Shown here one piece after another: positions 1 to 7,023 of a stretch of DNA of 64,000 nt. Numbering within the stretch: the first letter of the stretch is position 1; the number at the start of each line of letters is the position of its first letter. The notes under the pieces are model-generated. The model was not told the DNA's origin. It saw only the letters and a list, made by a program, of their open reading frames with translations, and did not search any database. The stretch is from positions 1,600,001-1,664,000 of the forward strand of contig OY969763.1 in the NCBI GenBank assembly GCA_963702845.1, given 5' to 3'. This DNA is from an uncultured Verrucomicrobiae bacterium. Lineage in GTDB: Bacteria; Verrucomicrobiota; Verrucomicrobiia; Limisphaerales; Palsa-1400. Made by a program: the position numbers and the translations under genes.

Positions 1-1089
1 TACGGCATCATCGGCGGAGCCCTTGAAGCCGTCGAAAAGCTCGTCAAAAAACTATCTGCACAAAACATTGAACTGCGTTTTGTTTACGAAGCGGGTCCCT
101 GCGGCTTTGTCATTCATCGCTATCTTAAAAGCAAAGGCATCCAATGCGATGTGGTGTCGCCTTCGCTCATTCCCAAAAAGGCTTCCGACCGGGTGAAGAC
201 TGATCGGCGTGATGCCGAGCAACTGGCCCGTCTTTATCGGGCGGGAGAACTGAGGGCCATCTACGTGCCTGATCAGGAGGATGAAGCTATCCGCGATTTG
301 ATCCGGGCCCGCACTGCGGCGGTGTGTGACCAGCGCCAGGCCCGAAATCGTTTGAAAGGCTTTTTGTTGCGACTGGGTTTTCGTTACAGCGGCAAGACCA
401 GTTGGAACGATGCGCACAAGCGTTATCTCTCCGGCTTGCTCATGCCGCAACCGGCGCAGCAAATCGTCTTTCAGGAATGCATTCATACGATCGACGACGC
501 CAGCCAGCGACTGGAACGACTGACTCAAGCAGTGGAAAACTCTTTGTCGGGCTGGAAATGGGAACCGGTGGTGCGCGGGCTGATGAGCTTGCGTGGGGTG
601 CAAGTGCTCAACGGGATGACTTTGGTGGCTGAGGCTGGGGACATGACCCGCTTTACTGAGCCGCGGCAGCTGATGAGTTTTTTTGGACTGACTTCCTGCG
701 AGCACAGCAGCGGCGGAAAACGCAGCCAAGGTGGGATTACTAAATGCGGCAACACCCACTGCCGGCGCGTCCTGACCGAAGCGTCCTGGCATTACCGTCT
801 CAAACCGCAGGTCAGCGAGGTCATGCAAAAATGACAGGAAAAACAAAGCAAAGAAGTCCGCTTGATCGCATGGAAAGCTCAACAGCGACTGCATAAACGG
901 TTCCGCTTCCTATCGGTTCGTAAAAAGAGCGTCGTGGTGGTCACTGCCATTGCGCGTGAACTGACCGGCTTTGTCTGGGCCATCGCCTGCCAGATCAAAG
1001 CGCCGCAAAAACCAGCTGCGCCGGAAATTATCCGGACCTGCCGCGGCCGCGTTTACAAACTGAATCCAACCCGAACTTATAAAAAATAA
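1..1089 (+). pseudogene. IS110-family (DEDD) transposase/recombinase, 5'-truncated by the window edge and interrupted by an in-frame TGA at 832-834
   Basis: Frame 1 is open from base 1: YEAGPCG, PSLIP, KTDRRDA (RuvC-like DEDD) and GLTSCEHSSGG...GGITKCGN (Tnp serine loop). The same frame resumes after the stop as QEKQSKEVRLIAWKAQQRL...AIARELTGFVWAI. Confidence 0.93.
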
Positions 1090-1247
1090 CATTTAAGAAT
1101 GAAGTGGCACGAACCGATTATCAGCAAACCAACTGCTGATGAGCACGTGAGCCGAAGCGCTATCGCGCCAGCTCTCGCTACGCTGCCGCTGCGCTCACCC
1201 GGTCGAATCGCTGGGCAAAACCGAACAAATAAAAAAACTTTAACTTT

Positions 1248-1472
1248 GCAGTGGATTGATGAGTTGGCAGAGAGCAGCTCGGTTAGGCGAACCCTCGTGA
1301 GTGTTAAGAGGAAGTTCCTTGCGAACGAACCCTCGTGCCTAGAGAGAGGAAGCGCCGCGACTCGAACCGTGGTCAGGTCGATAAGTCAGGTCTTCAGACC
1401 CGATGAACTCACGCATATCAGCAGGATCAACCGTCGTTGATTGCTGCTTCTGCCAACTCAACAGTCCATTGC
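1248..1472 (+). ncRNA. Candidate IS110 bridge/seek RNA
   Basis: 1248-1278 (GCAGTGGATTGATGAGTTGGCAGAGAGCAGC) is near-perfectly complementary to 1443-1472, enclosing internal hairpins. It lies in the IS non-coding end. Confidence 0.65.
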
Positions 1473-1483
1473 TCAATGTCAGA

Positions 1484-1564
1484 CGGTGAGTGGCGCCGGG
1501 CCACAGACGTCCGATATGCAAACAGAGCGCGCCACCGGCGTCCACTCCACTGCGCTCGTTAGGC
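1484..1564 (-). mobile_element. attC-like integron recombination site, truncated by the IS110 insertion
   Basis: On the minus strand it begins with inverse core GCCTAAC (RYYYAAC), overlapping the ORF stop codon. Arms AGTGGAGTGGACGCCGG and CCGGCGCCACTCACC pair with two extrahelical bases. The terminal GTTRRRY is replaced by IS sequence. Confidence 0.7.
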
Positions 1565-2107
1565 CAATGGTCCGCCTCTGTATCCAAAATACTCAAAACA
1601 ATTCGTCTCCTCTGAAGTCTCGACCTCATCGTCCTGAAATGCGTTCAGACGCTCATCGGGATTCTTCAACAATCTACGGGCAGCAACGACTTCGGGGTGT
1701 TGAAGAAATCGCTGTACCGCGGCGTGAACAAGCCGGTCAGCCTCCTCAGTAAACATGCCGAACTGCTGCGGCAGCCTATAAGCTCTCACTGGCATTAAGA
1801 AGCTCTTGAGAATCGCAGCATATAGCCTGTCTCGAACTGCTGTATCTCCCAGTTCCCCATGCTTTGCATAGGTCTTATCCAGCGCCGTCAAAAACTGTTT
1901 CAACGCGCTTCTGATAATCCGAGTCTTTTTATCGTAAGCAACGCGCTCCTTATCGCGTCGCTTCTTGAGAGGCTTTTCAGCAATCTCAATCGACAATTTC
2001 ATACTGAAAAGCAGTTTGAGTTTCTCATCGTCGGTCTTAGCCTTCGACAATCGCTCAAGCAATTCACCTAGTTCCGTTATGCGCTTCCTGAGGGGCTTAG
2101 CGCTCAT
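1559..2107 (-). CDS. Hypothetical 182-aa protein, putative integron cassette ORF
   Basis: Clean ORF. ATG lies 3 nt after a GTTAGGC core site and TAA lies inside the GCCTAAC inverse core. Confidence 0.75.
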   Translation of the reverse strand: MSAKPLRKRITELGELLERLSKAKTDDEKLKLLFSMKLSIEIAEKPLKKRRDKERVAYDKKTRIIRSALKQFLTALDKTYAKHGELGDTAVRDRLYAAILKSFLMPVRAYRLPQQFGMFTEEADRLVHAAVQRFLQHPEVVAARRLLKNPDERLNAFQDDEVETSEETNCFEYFGYRGGPLA

Positions 2108-2110
2108 GTG

Positions 2111-2147
2111 GCCTAACTATGATTATGCGACGAGGTGTCGCGGTAAT
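2111..2147 (-). mobile_element. Core recombination site GTTAGGC within an attI-like or degenerate attC site
   Basis: Minus strand reads GTCGCATAATCATAGTTAGGC immediately before the cassette ATG. Imperfect palindrome at 2122-2147; no matching inverse core. Confidence 0.5.
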
Positions 2148-2347
2148 TTTGATATACGAACGGTTGGTTCATATCGGTTGAGGAGACTATTGTTCTGCTG
2201 CCGTTGCCGATCAAGCGCAACAAAACGCATCTCTTCGCCGACGTGATCGACCGCCTGCCGCACGAAAAAGTAAATACCACGGTAAGTGTCCGCGCTTGGT
2301 TAAGGATGTGGATATGTGTAGGACGTGATACCTGCTTCGAATGCAAA

Positions 2348-2842
2348 CTATTTCCTTGCTGACAGCGGCAAGGCCGATTCCTGCAAGAGTGCGCAGAGTT
2401 CAAACGGCTCGGGAGCGGCCATCAGATTGGCCAGGTCGTAGAACCAAATTGTGACCATATTTTTGAGAGCAGCCGGCTGGTAATCCCCACCTATTTTTCC
2501 CGTCACGAACCTCACTGATGCGAAGATGGACCAGCCGCCTTCTTTGGAGTCGAACTCCTCGCGGTTCAAAACAAATTTTGCGAGGTTTGCCTGTCTGTTG
2601 ATCTTGCTCAGGTAAGCGTGTATGGCGCTGGCTTTTTTATCGCGCCGGTTCATCGGTTTCGCCGCGAGCATCGTGCCCAGTTGCAGGTAATATGGATTTA
2701 CCAAAACGTGACTGCGCAACGGCATCTCCGCATGAAAAATCTCGAACTCTGTGCCTTTAAGATCTCGAACCGTGCAATCGGCGGCGCGAATAGTGGACTT
2801 GAGGCGCGCAAGTTGGTTGGGACTCAGCTTCGGTTTTGGCAT
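2348..2842 (-). CDS. Hypothetical 164-aa protein (possibly YbjN/T3SS-chaperone-like fold)
   Basis: ATG-started ORF with protein-like composition. The fold guess is weak. Confidence 0.65.
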   Translation of the reverse strand: MPKPKLSPNQLARLKSTIRAADCTVRDLKGTEFEIFHAEMPLRSHVLVNPYYLQLGTMLAAKPMNRRDKKASAIHAYLSKINRQANLAKFVLNREEFDSKEGGWSIFASVRFVTGKIGGDYQPAALKNMVTIWFYDLANLMAAPEPFELCALLQESALPLSARK

Positions 2843-3010
2843 AGATTGGATTCAGCATGAATCAGTCTCTCCTGCGTTTTCAACTCATTCTGATTCGGTT
2901 ATAATCGGTAGCGGGAGGTCAGAGTCGCCGGGGGAGGATGCCGATGAAGAAATAGATGAACTTTTTGACTCCTGCGTCGCGCTGTCGTGAAACTTCGTTT
3001 GAGGGCTTTG

Positions 3011-3179
3011 ACCCAGGGTAGCGCCCCGCTGCCCTCCGCAACCGTGGGCTGGAGGCTGCAACTCCTTTGGAGTTGTGAAAATGGACGGGGTTCAATCGTC
3101 GCTACGCGACGAAAATTCTTTTGGCTTTCACGGTCCCTGGGATGAATCCCACGGCTGCCTTCGGGAACCGCTACGCGGT
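3011..3179. repeat. Cluster of REP-like extragenic palindromes
   Basis: Hairpins CAACTCC-TTT-GGAGTTG (3059-3075), TCGTCGC-TAC-GCGACGA (3096-3112), TGGGAT-GA-ATCCCA (3138-3151) and ACCGC-TAC-GCGGT (3167-3179). Confidence 0.65.
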
Positions 3180-3198
3180 GCTCCATCGGAACCCTTTC

Positions 3199-4278
3199 TT
3201 ATTGGGGCAGCTTGCCCTGCTTAAAACTCTCCAGCGCTTGCGCGAGCTGGTCTTTGATCCCTGGCTCAGCCCCGCCCAAGGCCTCGGTCTCCAGTTGGAT
3301 GGCTCTCTCTTTTTTGCCTTGTAGGAACGCGAGGCGAGCTTGGGTGTGGAGGAATTCAGGCTCTGGTGCTTTCAATAGGGTGACGGCGCGTTCCATGAGC
3401 AAATTTGCCGTGTTGAGAATAACGTTATTGGTGGGGTTCCGATTGGCTATGGTCCGCGCTATGCGGTTCTGCACATACGGATTATCGCTGTTTTCATCGC
3501 TGAGCTGCATCGCCACCTTGCTGGCAGCGTCGAAGTCTTTCTTGCCCATGAGGACGGTGATGCGAAGGCATTGGGTGACGGGTTTTTTTTGAGGAAAAAT
3601 TTTGTCCAACTCGTCGATTTCCTTCATCGCCTTGTCCCACTGCTTGGTTTTCCAGGCTTGTTTGCCCAATTCATTGTGTGTTTCCCATGCTTCGGATTTG
3701 GTTGGTAACGCTTCCTTCTCGAGTGCCCGCTTCTTTGGGTCGAAGGTGTCTGCGAGAAGATGATCGATGATTTTCTCGTCCAGGTCATTGGGGTGACCGA
3801 TGAAGGCGATTTTTCCCTGTTTATCGATGACGAATGCTATTGGAATACCTTCTTCCGCGGGATTCAGCCAGGTTTCCACCATCTTTCCAAAAAACTTGTT
3901 GGTCACACCGGTACCATCATCAAGCGCAACGCGGTAGGTCATTAAGTCGCCCATTTGTTTTATGAAGGGTTCAACGCGTTTCACGTCTCCCTGCTTGGTG
4001 TTCTGGCCGATGACAACGACTCCCTTGTCCTTGTATTTATTATGGAGTCGATTCAGGTGTGAAATGGCCTCTTTGCAAGGAGCCCACCACGTGGCCCAGA
4101 ATTCGACGATGTAAATTGTCCCTGGTTTGAATTCCTTGACCGGTTCGCCCTGCACCCATTTTGAAACGTAAAGTTTCGGAGCTGCGTCTCCTTCACGGAG
4201 CGTGGCCGCATTGGTCGAAAGAATGGTGGCGGTGAGTGCCGTCAGGGCGGCACACCGGATTATGGCTTTTAGCTTCAT
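3199..4278 (-). CDS. Secreted TlpA/ResA-like redoxin with a C-terminal helical (TPR-like) region; active site reads WxxC
   Basis: Signal peptide, GDAAPKL, IVEFWATWWAPC and GIPIAFVIDKQGKIAFIGHP. Confidence 0.85.
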   Translation of the reverse strand: MKLKAIIRCAALTALTATILSTNAATLREGDAAPKLYVSKWVQGEPVKEFKPGTIYIVEFWATWWAPCKEAISHLNRLHNKYKDKGVVVIGQNTKQGDVKRVEPFIKQMGDLMTYRVALDDGTGVTNKFFGKMVETWLNPAEEGIPIAFVIDKQGKIAFIGHPNDLDEKIIDHLLADTFDPKKRALEKEALPTKSEAWETHNELGKQAWKTKQWDKAMKEIDELDKIFPQKKPVTQCLRITVLMGKKDFDAASKVAMQLSDENSDNPYVQNRIARTIANRNPTNNVILNTANLLMERAVTLLKAPEPEFLHTQARLAFLQGKKERAIQLETEALGGAEPGIKDQLAQALESFKQGKLPQ

Positions 4279-4455
4279 TGGGCAAACAGGGAATTGGTTG
4301 GTATTATCATGCATCTGGCATCGCTGTGTAACACCCTAGATTGAGGGTGTATGAACGTGGTCGTGCCGCTGTTATGGTGACAGTGTTCCACCCGTTATAA
4401 CCTTATAACTAAATCACAGCGGCACTGTGCCGTTAAGCGAAAACCAAACTACATT

Positions 4456-5388
4456 ATGAAAAACGTTCTAGCTCTGGCATCAGCCACATTGTCCTTGCTG
4501 GTCGCAACACCGGCTGTTTACGCCGGGTCTACCGGATTCTTGCGAATCCACATGGTCGCCAGCTCCGACCCAAACCGTCCGCAGGGTTCGCGGGCTGATT
4601 GTTGGATCATCGAGCTTCCTGACAACACCAGAATGGTCGTCGATATTGGCGATGATGGCTATTACGGAGCCGTGACCAGCAGGCTTACGGCGTTGGGGAT
4701 TTCCCAGGTCAAATACCTGGTCGGCACCCATGATCACGTCGATCATATCGGCGATATGAATGCGTTCGTGAGCAACGGGTGGGTCAACAACACGACGATG
4801 TGGTTTCCCAAAGGCGCTATCAATACGCAGACGACTTACTACAGCGACCTGGTGAATGCTTTGAACAACAAAGGCATGTCGATGACGAAGATCGTGGCCG
4901 GCACCTATATCATCAACACGACCTATAGCGGCAAGGCGTTTAAAATTCGCTGCCTCAGCCCGGAGAATTCTAAAGTAGATGGTGGCGCCGATGATTGGGG
5001 TTCCGAAAACGAGGCTTCATTGGTCCTCAAAATCACCTATGGCGCCAAGTCGATCCTGATGCAGGCCGATGCCTATGGAAATGTTGAAGACAGTATTCTT
5101 GCTGGCCCGTATGGGAGCGAAATCAACCTTTGCCAGGTTCTCAAGGTCGGACACCATGGTGTCAACGCCAATGGCGCTATTTCCTGCCGCGAAGCATATC
5201 TGGATGCCGCCGGAGTGAACAAAGCGCTGATCAGCAATGGTAATTTGGCGATCGACCCCACGATCAAAGCCAGACTGCAGGCGAGAAACATCCATTATTT
5301 CTCTACGGGTTTTGGCGACGGCTATTGCTACCTCGAAACCGATGGCTCGTCCAATTGGGTGGAAAGCGAAGCTCCGCAATGGCCTTAA
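4456..5388 (+). CDS. Secreted ComEC/Rec2-type metallo-beta-lactamase-fold hydrolase
   Basis: Signal peptide, THDHVDHIG, NEASLVLKITYG..SILMQADA and LKVGHHG. Confidence 0.85.
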   Translation: MKNVLALASATLSLLVATPAVYAGSTGFLRIHMVASSDPNRPQGSRADCWIIELPDNTRMVVDIGDDGYYGAVTSRLTALGISQVKYLVGTHDHVDHIGDMNAFVSNGWVNNTTMWFPKGAINTQTTYYSDLVNALNNKGMSMTKIVAGTYIINTTYSGKAFKIRCLSPENSKVDGGADDWGSENEASLVLKITYGAKSILMQADAYGNVEDSILAGPYGSEINLCQVLKVGHHGVNANGAISCREAYLDAAGVNKALISNGNLAIDPTIKARLQARNIHYFSTGFGDGYCYLETDGSSNWVESEAPQWP

Positions 5389-5595
5389 GCCATTGAAGGG
5401 GGCACACAGGGGCGTCATTCAATACCTGGATATTTCGGACATCGGGTGGTTCGTCGAGTCCAACGTCCAATTCTGAACGAGGGATAATTCGGAGGGGGGG
5501 CGGCGCGCGCGGAGCCGGAAAGACGGAACAACAGGACTTGATGCACCGCTCAGCGGATGCTGTCCGGTTCGCCAACGCGCCCTACCTGGCACGGC

Positions 5596-6864
5596 TTAGA
5601 GTTCGTCGACGGCGATGACGCGGACGATTTCTTCGAGGGTGGTTTGGCCTGATAATGCGCGGTTTAATCCGCGTTGCCACATGGTGTGCATGCCTTGGCC
5701 GGTCGCGACTTGTTGCAAGGTTTTGGTCGGGAGCTTTTGCATGACGGCGTCACGAACGGGTTGATCGACGGTGAGTAGTTCGACGACGGAAGTTCGTCCG
5801 GAAAAACCTGTGCCGGAGCATTGTTCGCAGCCGGCACCTTTGCGCAAGGTGGCGTTTTCGAGGTCGGCAGTCGGCACGAGTTTGGCAAGGTGCGGGTCGG
5901 GTTCGTAAGGTTGCGCACAATAGGTGCAGTTGGTGCGGATAAGTCGCAGGCCAAGAACACCGCTGATGCTGGAGGAAAGCAGGAATGGTTCGATGTCCAT
6001 ATTGATGAGACGCGCGAAGACGCCGGCGGTGCTGCCCGAGTGAATGGTGCTGATGACCAAGTGTCCGGTGAGGCCGGCCTGAACGGCGATGGCGGCGGTT
6101 TCGGGATCGCGAATTTCGCCGACCATGATGACTTGTGGATCCTGACGCATCAATGAGCGCAATGCTTTTGGATAGGTGAATTCCTGGGCGAGGTTGACCT
6201 GCGCCTGGGCGATCATGGGCAGGTTGAATTCGACGGGGTCTTCGACGGTGGCGATGCTGATGCTGGGGCCGGAGCGTTGGACCAATGTGTAAAGCGCGGA
6301 ATAAATGGCGGTGGTTTTTCCGGAACCGGTCGGGCCGGTGAGGAGAATGAGACCGCTTGGTTTGTTCAGCAGTTTGAGAAATGGCTGGAGGATGTCGTCG
6401 TCGAATCCGAGCGAAGCAAGATCGAAGCTGCGATTGCTGGGGTCGAAGATACGGACGACGATTTTTTCGCCGCGTGTGGTCGGGAAAATGGAAATACGTT
6501 GCTCGACACCGCCGAGCTCGGGGTCGGCGGGCGCATGGCCCTCTTGCGGAAGGCCGTTCTGATAGGTGATGAGGTTGGCCATTACTTTGAAACGGCCGGA
6601 GATTTTTTCCATCAAATCGAGCGGGAGATGGACGAGTTCGGTAAGGACGCCATTAAGACGGATGCGCACGGCGAGGGTGCTTTCCCACGGTTCGATGTGG
6701 ATGTCGCTCGCGCCTGCTTTGACTGCATCGAGCAGGAGATATTTGACGAGTACCGCGATTTCGACACCTTTGTCGGCGGATTCCGATTGGAGATAACGTA
6801 GGGTTTCGCTCATGTTGTTGCCGTCCTTCTTTACTTTGGTATGCCGGTTTTTGGGGCGTGTCAC
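5596..6864 (-). CDS. gspE: GspE/PulE/PilB-family secretion ATPase (start may be 6813)
   Basis: ASDIHIEP, Walker A GPTGSGKT, TVEDPVE, LMRQDPQVIMVGEIRD, TGHLVISTIH and two CxxC zinc motifs. Confidence 0.92.
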   Translation of the reverse strand: MTRPKNRHTKVKKDGNNMSETLRYLQSESADKGVEIAVLVKYLLLDAVKAGASDIHIEPWESTLAVRIRLNGVLTELVHLPLDLMEKISGRFKVMANLITYQNGLPQEGHAPADPELGGVEQRISIFPTTRGEKIVVRIFDPSNRSFDLASLGFDDDILQPFLKLLNKPSGLILLTGPTGSGKTTAIYSALYTLVQRSGPSISIATVEDPVEFNLPMIAQAQVNLAQEFTYPKALRSLMRQDPQVIMVGEIRDPETAAIAVQAGLTGHLVISTIHSGSTAGVFARLINMDIEPFLLSSSISGVLGLRLIRTNCTYCAQPYEPDPHLAKLVPTADLENATLRKGAGCEQCSGTGFSGRTSVVELLTVDQPVRDAVMQKLPTKTLQQVATGQGMHTMWQRGLNRALSGQTTLEEIVRVIAVDEL

Positions 6865-6919
6865 GGGGAAAGTTTCACGATTTACGGTTGAGGGAGTTTG
6901 GAGCGGTCGGAGATTTCGA

Positions 6920-6972
6920 CGGCTGCCGACTTGGAAGTCGGCGATACGGCAGGTTTGGAAACCTGCGATACG
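6920..6972. repeat. REP-like double hairpin
   Basis: GCCGACTT-GG-AAGTCGGC followed by GCAGGTTT-GG-AAACCTGC, between divergent genes. Confidence 0.65.
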
Positions 6973-7023
6973 AGCTGATAAACTTCTCGACGTTGTGGGT
7001 GCTTGTCATTTAAATCGCGGGCA

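Larger units (their letters stand above)
1..1483 (+). mobile_element. IS110-family insertion sequence (right end inferred at ~1482-1483; left end outside the window)
   Basis: Transposase followed by a ~390-nt non-coding tail. The sequence switches abruptly into an attC-like arm at ~1484. Confidence 0.8.

Noticed and set aside
52..894. 280-aa minus-strand ORF
   Set aside because: Antisense shadow of the IS110 transposase; no independent motifs.
1099..1440. 113-aa ORF downstream of the transposase
   Set aside because: Overlaps the structured non-coding IS end and has no recognisable protein features.
2348..2842. Possible second integron cassette
   Set aside because: No GTTRRRY before the start and no RYYYAAC or attC hairpin after the stop.
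5389..5595. Possible gene relic and interrupted REP-like motif
   Set aside because: Too short and degenerate to support without a search.
5596..6864. GspE as evidence of a secretion or pilus cluster
   Set aside because: No pilin, GspF or secretin gene nearby; scattered paralogues are common.
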